From the IMG/VR virus record IMGVR_UViG_3300015050_001523, positions 258,519-322,518 of that record: a stretch of DNA of 64,000 nucleotides; one strand, written 5' to 3'. Position numbers and translations under genes: made by a program. Within the stretch, counting starts at the first letter, position 1, and every line of letters starts with the position of its first letter. The notes below the pieces were generated by a model. The model saw only the letters and a list, made by a program, of their open reading frames with translations, did not search any database and was not told where the DNA came from. Positions 56,268-63,675 of the stretch are shown here, piece by piece. This DNA is from a virus. Its lineage: Duplodnaviria; Caudoviricetes.

Positions 56268-57476
56268 ATGGATTTTGTTCTTCATAGAGACTTAATTGGA
56301 TCAAAATGCCACAGAATGTCAAATGGTTCTTGGGTCAATGAAATTCCTGAGAATTGTTGGATTGTTCAAAAAACTTCAAATCCAAAAAATAATTTATTAA
56401 TGGCATTAATGCTTTGTGGAGAGAAGATTGAAATCGAGCCTCCAAAATTGCATTCAAATATTTTTAGAAACTTTACATCAAAAAATGATATTCCATGGGA
56501 GAAAGTCATGTCCGAAGACTCCTTTCTTGAATGGGTGAAAGGGCTATCAGATAAAATTTCTATGGCCTTGGAGAGTTGCGACCTAACTTACTACGAAAAA
56601 ATCTTTAGCTGCTCATATAACGTTTTGAATAGCTTGAAGCCAATGAAAATTCATAAAAAGAAATGGATTTTTTTAGAAGAGCATGAAATTGAAGGAATAA
56701 GTTATGATGTTATTAGCAGTTTTGAGCCAAACGAAGAAGGATTTGCAAATAAAATAAATTATAATTTAACTGATACAGTATCTGGAAGATTGAAGGTTAT
56801 TTCAGGTCCTGAAATATTAAGATTGAATAAAGAACTAAAATCTATTATAAGAAGCAGATTTAAGAATGGAAAAATTGTTCAATTTGATTATGTCGCATTA
56901 GAGCCAAGGCTTGCTCTTATTTTGGCTGGGCACAAGGTATCAAATGACATTTACTCAGATATAAATTTTATGTTGTTTGATGGGAAGCTTTCAAGAGAAA
57001 TTGTTAAGGTTTCTACACTTTCTGTAATGTATGGTGCTGGCGCCCAAAGCCTTGAGGAAAAAACAGGATTACCAATAAATGATTGCAAATCTATAATCAA
57101 ACAATTGAAAGAATTTTTTGGAATTCATAAAATAACAAAAAAACTAATTGAAGATTATAAAAGTAAAAAAATTATAAAAAACCATTTTGGAAGAGCAATT
57201 TATCCTGAATCTTGTGAAGGTCATAAGCTTTATAGCAACTTCATTCAAAGTTCTGCTGTTGATGCTGTAATGATTGGATTCTCAAATATTATTAATTTTA
57301 TTTTAACTTTTGAAGAAAAAGATATGGCAATTCCAATTTTTGTAATTCATGATAATCTTGGAATCGACTTTCATCCAAGCATCTTTTCTGATTTTAATCT
57401 TCAGAAAATAAAAGATGCCGGCGGAGAAATTTTGGGACTTGAAGATAAACTTCTGCTTGGCTCTGATATTATTTGA
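56268..57476 (+). CDS. polA: Minimal family A DNA polymerase domain (no exonuclease domains)
   Basis: TVSGRL, motif A FDYVALEPR, motif B REIVKVSTLSVMYG, NFIQSSAVD, motif C VIHDNL. Confidence 0.8.
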   Translation: MDFVLHRDLIGSKCHRMSNGSWVNEIPENCWIVQKTSNPKNNLLMALMLCGEKIEIEPPKLHSNIFRNFTSKNDIPWEKVMSEDSFLEWVKGLSDKISMALESCDLTYYEKIFSCSYNVLNSLKPMKIHKKKWIFLEEHEIEGISYDVISSFEPNEEGFANKINYNLTDTVSGRLKVISGPEILRLNKELKSIIRSRFKNGKIVQFDYVALEPRLALILAGHKVSNDIYSDINFMLFDGKLSREIVKVSTLSVMYGAGAQSLEEKTGLPINDCKSIIKQLKEFFGIHKITKKLIEDYKSKKIIKNHFGRAIYPESCEGHKLYSNFIQSSAVDAVMIGFSNIINFILTFEEKDMAIPIFVIHDNLGIDFHPSIFSDFNLQKIKDAGGEILGLEDKLLLGSDII

Positions 57477-57480
57477 GACG

Positions 57481-58161
57481 ATGACTTGCTTTTACTTTTT
57501 CATAATCGATACAGATCAATATGCTGGTAACTTCGAACGGGAGATGTGTGCTTATATAACAGGACAAATAGGCGAGTGTGAAGTTGGAGACGATATGGCA
57601 GCTCTTGCGTTGCAGGAGGCTCCTAGCGAATTTATTGAATGGTGTGAATATAATATTGGAAGTCGACCAGATGAATATGGAAATTATCGACCAGTATCGA
57701 TTTATGCAACACCAGGTTGGTTCAATACAGGGCTAGGTTTGTCATATCCAGATTCTGAATGGGGAAAGCAATATGTAATAGATGAATATAAAAAGGCTTG
57801 TAAGGATTATGCTGAAAAAAATAATCCAAGCTTTAACGGCCCTGGTCCTGGTAGGTATCCAGTATTTAACTCAGTAGCCATCTACTTTGACGAGCTTCCA
57901 TCGACTAATCAGATAGCGATTATAAAAGAGCGCGCTTATAAGTTTGCACAATTTCGTCCTGATGGAGACAAGAGCATGATTTCTATTTCTGGATTTCGCA
58001 TTCTTCAAGAAACTGTTACTTTGAGAGACATAACACCACACGATAATATATGCAATCGTCATGATGATTGTTGTTTAGCCGATCAAAAGGCACGAGAATC
58101 TGGTTTGATTTCTGCAAATCATTGCCATGATGATTGTTGTGAGGATTGTTACGGAACATGA
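57481..58161 (+). CDS. Hypothetical protein with Cys/His-rich tail
   Basis: IIDTDQYAGNFEREMCAYITG start. C-terminal HDDCC occurs twice. ATG at 57481 preferred over the overlapping start at 57415. Confidence 0.6.
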   Translation: MTCFYFFIIDTDQYAGNFEREMCAYITGQIGECEVGDDMAALALQEAPSEFIEWCEYNIGSRPDEYGNYRPVSIYATPGWFNTGLGLSYPDSEWGKQYVIDEYKKACKDYAEKNNPSFNGPGPGRYPVFNSVAIYFDELPSTNQIAIIKERAYKFAQFRPDGDKSMISISGFRILQETVTLRDITPHDNICNRHDDCCLADQKARESGLISANHCHDDCCEDCYGT

Positions 58162-58203
58162 GAGATATAGTGAAATAAAAAATATAAATTATAAGGATAA
58201 AAA

Positions 58204-58767
58204 ATGGAAGTACAACAAATACAAGAAAATTGGGAAACTTTCTGCAAGCTTGCAGAAAGTGGATGTAGAGACAGATCGAAAGAAATAGAAAATTTATTAG
58301 AGACTCTTGGCGAGAGATTAGCCATGTGTCCAGCAAATAACAAGTCATTGCATGGAACTCTTGTAGATCTTAATTTAAAAGTATTGAAAGCATGTGTTTT
58401 TATTAATAAAAAGTTTGAACTTGACTTGCCAAAAGAATCAATGGTTATTTGTTGTCTTTTTAGAAATCTTGGACTTGTAGGAGATTTGGAAAATGATCTT
58501 TTTATAAAGGAAGATAGAAAATGGCAGCGAGATCAAGGTTTAATATTTAAATTTAATTCAGATCTAAAATTTATGAAGCCATTTGATAGAACAATATGGA
58601 TTTTGTCTCAATTTGGAATAAAGCTAGACCAAGATGAATATTTGGCATTTCTTTCTGGGACCAACTCAAATGAAAATTATAAATTTGGAGAAGGTCCATT
58701 AGCTTTTGCCATCTATTCGGCAACTCGATTTATAGGATTTAAAGAATATGAAAAAGAAGAAATCTAA
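58204..58767 (+). CDS. Degenerate HD-domain-like protein
   Basis: LAMCPA..., CCLFRNLGLVG where HDLGK is expected, and DRTIWILSQFGIKL..DEYLA match my recollection of a phage HD family, but the metal ligands are missing. Confidence 0.5.
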   Translation: MEVQQIQENWETFCKLAESGCRDRSKEIENLLETLGERLAMCPANNKSLHGTLVDLNLKVLKACVFINKKFELDLPKESMVICCLFRNLGLVGDLENDLFIKEDRKWQRDQGLIFKFNSDLKFMKPFDRTIWILSQFGIKLDQDEYLAFLSGTNSNENYKFGEGPLAFAIYSATRFIGFKEYEKEEI

Positions 58768-59044
58768 AGCATTACTTGCCAAACTTTCACAACATAAAGA
58801 AGAGATTGGTACATATAGTCATTTAAATGACTATCCATTTGAAACAAGTGGACCAATTACTGACACTCTGTTTGATTATAAAATGGAAAAACATGAATTA
58901 GAGTCTCAGACATGGCCAATTTGGCTACTTCCTGAAGATTTTCGATCATGGTATATTCATGAACAAAATGTTAGAAAGAATTCTGGGAGGATGAGCCTCC
59001 CAGAACCTCCTATTGATGTAATCTTCAAAGTATTTAGAACATAG
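58748..59044 (+). CDS. Hypothetical protein
   Basis: 98 aa, overlapping the previous stop. Confidence 0.45.
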   Translation: MKKKKSKALLAKLSQHKEEIGTYSHLNDYPFETSGPITDTLFDYKMEKHELESQTWPIWLLPEDFRSWYIHEQNVRKNSGRMSLPEPPIDVIFKVFRT

Positions 59045-59059
59045 AACATATTTACTATT

Positions 59060-59938
59060 GTGATTCTTGATGACAGTAAGTATCTTTCTTTAAAATTCAT
59101 TTTTAATTTAAATGAGAGTGGAATTTTTGGAGGAACTCTTGATTCCACTCATTTACAATCCAAAATGCCTAAGCCATGGAATATAAGTGGTCAAAGCGGC
59201 AGAATGAATCAATCTCCAACAATGATGGCATCGAGATTGATGCAAAATACTTCAACTGAAGAAGATATCAAATATTGGATGGGAGATCCTGACGATCCAG
59301 AAAGCAAAGGAGCTACATTTGATCCTCCATATATGTTATCTTGGGACCGAGATCCATGGATAAAGGAAATTGATGAGTATTTATCTAATATGGAAAGCCT
59401 TCAAGAGTTATTTGGTTTTAAAAAAACTCCATCAAAAATATATTCATCTTTAATTGCTAATCGTGAAAAATATCAAATTTATGCACAAGAGACATTAAAA
59501 AAAGCTCTTGTGCATAAGAAGTTTAAAGAAAAAATAGTAAAGAAAGGAGAATTAACTCCTGAAAGGATTAGGCTCATTGAAAAAAATGAAGATATTGCGC
59601 TTAATTCTCTTATAAAACTTAAGAATGAAACAGAAAAAAATATTGAGTTTTTAAGAGTTTATAAAGATGAATTTGGAATAGATAATGATTTTCCTTTATT
59701 GGTTGCGGCTTATGGAAATATTCTAAATAAAGTTGATCAAATATTATTTGCCATAAGACAGGCTACAAGCATTCAAGGAATGCCATCGAATAGTGAACTT
59801 GATGAAATGTCTTCTATTGGAGGAGGCTCTATAGCTGGACATATCGGGCCATTAGGAACAGACAATAGAAGTCCATATTTAAAGGATAAAAAGAAGAAAG
59901 CTAATTCTTCTAAAGGATCATTTGGCGGAGCGCTATAA
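59060..59938 (+). CDS. Hypothetical protein with several LxE sites
   Basis: GTG start after TATTTA (59049-59054). LNE-S, LQE-L and LDE-MSSIGGGSIAG sites. Confidence 0.55.
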   Translation: MILDDSKYLSLKFIFNLNESGIFGGTLDSTHLQSKMPKPWNISGQSGRMNQSPTMMASRLMQNTSTEEDIKYWMGDPDDPESKGATFDPPYMLSWDRDPWIKEIDEYLSNMESLQELFGFKKTPSKIYSSLIANREKYQIYAQETLKKALVHKKFKEKIVKKGELTPERIRLIEKNEDIALNSLIKLKNETEKNIEFLRVYKDEFGIDNDFPLLVAAYGNILNKVDQILFAIRQATSIQGMPSNSELDEMSSIGGGSIAGHIGPLGTDNRSPYLKDKKKKANSSKGSFGGAL

Positions 59939-60318
59939 TGACAAATTTGCTTGAAAGTGTAATCTCCCAAATCATATATGAAATATATGATCCAAAAATG
60001 AAATGGATGGGATTTATTCTTGGAACGAAGAAAATAAAAGATAAGAATTCTGATGAAGTGATTGAAGACCCTGTTCTTTTAGATTTAAAAGATATGGGAT
60101 TTGAACCTTTTACAGTATTTTATTTTGGAAAAATTGGATATTTAATTCCAAACATTCCAAAACGAGACATTATTGAATTTGGAAAAAAGCATAAAAAAGG
60201 TATTGCTTGGGGAAGCAAAATGGAAGACAATATTTCTTTTCATTGGCAATATCTTGAAGATGGAAAGATTCGCGGCCAAAACACATCGCGTCATCCGTAT
60301 ATTGTTCCAAAATTTTAA
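59938..60318 (+). CDS. Hypothetical protein
   Basis: 126 aa, TAATG-coupled, LLE/IIYE leader. Confidence 0.55.
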   Translation: MTNLLESVISQIIYEIYDPKMKWMGFILGTKKIKDKNSDEVIEDPVLLDLKDMGFEPFTVFYFGKIGYLIPNIPKRDIIEFGKKHKKGIAWGSKMEDNISFHWQYLEDGKIRGQNTSRHPYIVPKF

Positions 60319-60334
60319 TCAATAAGATAGATTG

Positions 60335-60399
60335 CTAAGTGCTTGAAATTATTGATTAAAATTTATTTTAAAAATTTTCTAAGTGCTTGAAATCATTGA
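60335..60399. repeat. Two 21-bp direct repeats (1 mismatch), 44-bp period
   Basis: CTAAGTGCTTGAAATTATTGA at 60335-60355 and CTAAGTGCTTGAAATCATTGA at 60379-60399. Confidence 0.9.
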
Positions 60400-60546
60400 A
60401 GAAAATTATATATATCTTTTTCAACAAATATATGAATCTATGATATAAAGTAGATGTACTCAAAGGCCACAAAGAACGAAAGGCTAGGTACAATAAACAC
60501 ATTTGAGACTCAAAATCAGCACAATGGCTGAGAGGATATTAGAAAT

Positions 60547-61512
60547 ATGAAAAAATTAGATTTAAATAGATTAAAAAATAAAGTTGCACAATTAAAAGGT
60601 GAGAAACCTTCACAAACTTCTACAAGAAAATCAGTATTTTGGAGCGCTCCTCTCCCAAAGGGAGAAACAACTAAAGAATATAGCGTTTTTTTGCTTCCGT
60701 GGAGCCAGGATTGCGATTACCCATTTGAAGAAAGATGGTTTTACTACGCTCTTGGAAGTATGAAGGACGAAAAAGGATTTAGCCTTAAAAATGATAAAGG
60801 TGATTTTATTTCAGCTCCCTTAACATTAAAACAATTTGGAGAGCCTGATCCTATTGCAGAATTACTTAAAGAACTTTGGAGTAAAGAAGGAAAAGAAGAA
60901 GAAGAGGCCAAACAAGATATTGAAGATGCCAAAAAATTGTCTGCGCAGCAAACTGCTTACATCCCAGTGATTGTAAAAGGAGAAGAAAGTCTTGGCCCTC
61001 GATTATGGAAAATTTCTTCTAAGAAAATATATGAGAGATTGGTTGAGCTCTTCATGAAGCAAGCTGATTATGGAAATCTAATCGATCCAGAAAATCAGCG
61101 TTGGATTACGGTTACTGTTGTTGAGGAACCTAAAAAGAAATATCCAATGAATAAGTCAATTAAGTCAGTTGACCCTAAATTTTCAAAAGAACCTCTATCA
61201 GAAAGTCAAGAGCAAATTGAAGAATGGCTTAATAATATACCAAATCTTGAAGATGCATTAAGTTCAGTAAAATATGATTATAATGGACTTAAGAAGCTTC
61301 TTAAAATGTGGACTGAATCTGTTCAGCAAACATCGGTTGATGAAGGAGAAGGCACCGAAGGTGCAAGCTCTGTTCAAAAAGTAGAAAAGAAAGAAGATGA
61401 CAAAAAGAAAAGCAGCCGTCCAAAGAAAAAAGATGAAGAGCCAATGAAAAAAGAAGAAGCTCTTAAAGAGCTTGATTCGTTTTTCAATGATGACGATGAT
61501 GAGGATGAGTAA
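60547..61512 (+). CDS. ssb: Single-stranded DNA-binding protein (gp32-like)
   Basis: YPFEERWFYY, DPIAEL, YIPVIVKGEE..GPRLWK, DYGNLIDP, and an acidic tail ELDSFFNDDDDEDE. Upstream of RecA. Confidence 0.8.
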   Translation: MKKLDLNRLKNKVAQLKGEKPSQTSTRKSVFWSAPLPKGETTKEYSVFLLPWSQDCDYPFEERWFYYALGSMKDEKGFSLKNDKGDFISAPLTLKQFGEPDPIAELLKELWSKEGKEEEEAKQDIEDAKKLSAQQTAYIPVIVKGEESLGPRLWKISSKKIYERLVELFMKQADYGNLIDPENQRWITVTVVEEPKKKYPMNKSIKSVDPKFSKEPLSESQEQIEEWLNNIPNLEDALSSVKYDYNGLKKLLKMWTESVQQTSVDEGEGTEGASSVQKVEKKEDDKKKSSRPKKKDEEPMKKEEALKELDSFFNDDDDEDE

Positions 61513-61568
61513 AAAATCAAATTAAAGTATCTATAAACACAACAAGGTGCGAGTATAATATGTGTTAG

Positions 61569-61606
61569 AGAAAAAGGAAGGAAGGTAAAATATCCTTCCT
61601 TTTTCT
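61569..61606 (+). terminator. Terminator-like hairpin between ssb and recA
   Basis: 14-bp stem AGAAAAAGGAAGGA (61569-61582) / TCCTTCCTTTTTCT (61593-61606). Confidence 0.75.
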
Positions 61607-61627
61607 ATTAAAAAAGAGAACAAATAT

Positions 61628-62863
61628 ATGGCAAAAGAAAAAACAATGGACAACAAAGACATAAAAGCATTTTCAAACAAAATGATTGAAAATCTTAATG
61701 CAAAACTTGGCGGAAAAGGAAAAAAAATATTTTATAATCTTGGAGAAGATAAAGAAGATCCTGCTAAAATCAAGCGATGGTATAGTACTCATTCAATGTT
61801 ACTAGATTGGATTTGTGGAGCTGAAAATCAAGGAATGCCAGGCGGAAGACTTGTTGAAATATTTGGTGCTGAATCAATTGGAAAATCACATATCTGCTAT
61901 CAAATTGCAAGATGGATTCAAGAAAAAGGAGGAATTGTTCTGTATATAGATACAGAACTTGCAACTGATGTTGGAAATCTTCAAGATCTTGGAGTCGATG
62001 TTTCTGAAAGATTTATCTATTCAAAAGTTGATTCAATTGAAGGCGCTTTTGAAGCTGCTGAAGAATTTTTAAAGGAAGTTGCTCCTCTTGAACAGTCAAT
62101 CCCAATTGGAATATTCTGGGATTCTATTGGTGGAATAGGATCAAGAATTGAAAGAGAGATGGGATTTGATGATATTCAAAGACCTGGATTGAATGCGAAA
62201 CAAATCACATTTGGGATTAGAAAAATAATGCCAGCAGTAAATGAATCAGCGGCTTTGTTTGTTCTTGTAAATCAGGAATATGATATTCTAAATGCTCAAA
62301 AATTTGATACTAAAAAGAAAGAAACAAAAGGTGGAAAAATGATCAAGTATGGATCATCTGTTCGGCTTGGAATTTCTAAAGTAACCGATGTCTACCCCGA
62401 CGAAATTGACAAAAAAAAGGCATTTGCAGAGGGTATAATGCCTTGTGGGATCAAAGTTCGTGCCCGAACCCACAAAAACAAAGTTGCATCGCCATTTCGC
62501 TCAGCAGAAATTGATATTATTTTTGGAGTTGGAATAAAAGAACATAATACAATTTGGGATATGTTTATTGAGGCAAAAGAAATCACTACTGGCGGGAAGA
62601 TTTATCAATTTGCAAATGGTGCATGGAAAAAAATTGAGATTTGTGATGCAGTAACTGGCGAACAAATAAGCGAAATTAAATTTAGAAAAAATGAAACAGA
62701 AGAGATCTTGATGAATAAACATCAGGATATTACTAAAGAATGTTTTGATTTACTCATGAAGAAAAGAATGCAAAGAGGAAATAAAGATGCAAATGAGTAC
62801 AATCCAGAACTTGATGATTCTGTAGAGACAGAAGAAGACATTATAGAAGAGGAACTTGAATAA
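61628..62863 (+). CDS. recA: RecA/UvsX recombinase
   Basis: GRLVEIFGAESIGKS (Walker A), YIDTE, IFWDSIG (Walker B), GGKMIKYGSSVRL, NKVASPFRSAE. Confidence 0.92.
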   Translation: MAKEKTMDNKDIKAFSNKMIENLNAKLGGKGKKIFYNLGEDKEDPAKIKRWYSTHSMLLDWICGAENQGMPGGRLVEIFGAESIGKSHICYQIARWIQEKGGIVLYIDTELATDVGNLQDLGVDVSERFIYSKVDSIEGAFEAAEEFLKEVAPLEQSIPIGIFWDSIGGIGSRIEREMGFDDIQRPGLNAKQITFGIRKIMPAVNESAALFVLVNQEYDILNAQKFDTKKKETKGGKMIKYGSSVRLGISKVTDVYPDEIDKKKAFAEGIMPCGIKVRARTHKNKVASPFRSAEIDIIFGVGIKEHNTIWDMFIEAKEITTGGKIYQFANGAWKKIEICDAVTGEQISEIKFRKNETEEILMNKHQDITKECFDLLMKKRMQRGNKDANEYNPELDDSVETEEDIIEEELE

Positions 62864-63386
62864 TATGCTTGAAACAAAAATAGGAATATACAAAGCCCAT
62901 GAAGATGCAATTCTTCCAACTCAAAATATCAATGATATTGGATTTGATATTTATGCTATTGAAGACAAAGAAATAAACAGCTTGAGTGTTGGAAAGATTG
63001 ATACAGGATTAAAATTTTCTGAAATACCAAAAATTCCTTGCTCACTATCTGAGAAACAAATTTATAGCTCTGAATTTATGGCCACAAATGTAGTGGATAA
63101 TCGCTGGAGCTTAGAAACAAAGATTGAAGGAAGATCGGGAATGGCATCTAGAGGAATATTTCCAGTTGGTGGGATAATCGATCCCAGTTACACCGGACCA
63201 ATTATTGTTTGTCTTTTTAATTCAACGGCTGATTCATATTTTGTAAAAAAGGGAGATAAAATTGCCCAACTTGTTATTCGGCCAGTTCTTGCAAATACAA
63301 AAGAACATAAAGTAACTTTTGAATTTAGAGATTATCAAGAAAAAACAGAACGAGGAAATAATGGGTTCGGATCAAGTGGAAATTAA
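62856..63386 (+). CDS. dut: Trimeric dUTPase
   Basis: GFDIYA, GRSGMASRG, GIIDPSYTG, GDKIAQLVI, RGNNGFGSSG (motifs 1-5). Confidence 0.93.
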   Translation: MNNMLETKIGIYKAHEDAILPTQNINDIGFDIYAIEDKEINSLSVGKIDTGLKFSEIPKIPCSLSEKQIYSSEFMATNVVDNRWSLETKIEGRSGMASRGIFPVGGIIDPSYTGPIIVCLFNSTADSYFVKKGDKIAQLVIRPVLANTKEHKVTFEFRDYQEKTERGNNGFGSSGN

Positions 63387-63675
63387 AGAAATAAAAATGA
63401 GACATCTTGGAAGAAAAAAACCAAATTCAAATTTGTTTATAACAGAAATGACAAAAGAAGATTTTGCAAAACTTCCTGAATGGAAAGATGTAAGCCATTC
63501 ATTTTTAATGAATCAAATTAAGTTGATCAAATTAGGAAAAGAAAAAGTATGGTGGAGAAGTTGGTTTTATGATGGTCCAAGTCATCAAACTTATTGGACA
63601 TTAGAATATGCTTATTGGTGCCCAAAGTCATATCAAATAGAAGTTCAAAGGAGGGCGGTTGAATTTGTTCAGTAA
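63361..63675 (+). CDS. Hypothetical protein
   Basis: Trp-rich ORF. In-frame ATG at 63361 overlapping the dut end is preferred over TTG at 63319. Confidence 0.45.
   Translation: MGSDQVEIKEIKMRHLGRKKPNSNLFITEMTKEDFAKLPEWKDVSHSFLMNQIKLIKLGKEKVWWRSWFYDGPSHQTYWTLEYAYWCPKSYQIEVQRRAVEFVQ

Noticed and set aside
56268-57476. DpoZ / 2-aminoadenine DNA system
   Set aside because: No purZ, datZ or mazZ recognisable in the window. The HD-like protein lacks its metal ligands, so nothing here supports Z-DNA.
60335-60399. Possible mini-CRISPR array
   Set aside because: Only two 21-bp repeats with a 23-bp AT-rich spacer, no third copy and no cas genes. Kept as a regulatory repeat.
16568-62863. Inteins or group I introns in terL, primase, polA or recA
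   Set aside because: The proteins are of ordinary length with contiguous motifs. No intein termini and no LAGLIDADG, HNH or GIY-YIG ORFs were seen.
928-62919. Numerous 60-190 aa minus-strand and alternate-frame ORFs in the track (e.g. 47884-48453, 30042-30479, 39442-39825, 26312-26728)
   Set aside because: They lie wholly within long motif-bearing + strand genes, have low-complexity or mirror-image composition, and show no RBS or motifs. These are shadow ORFs.
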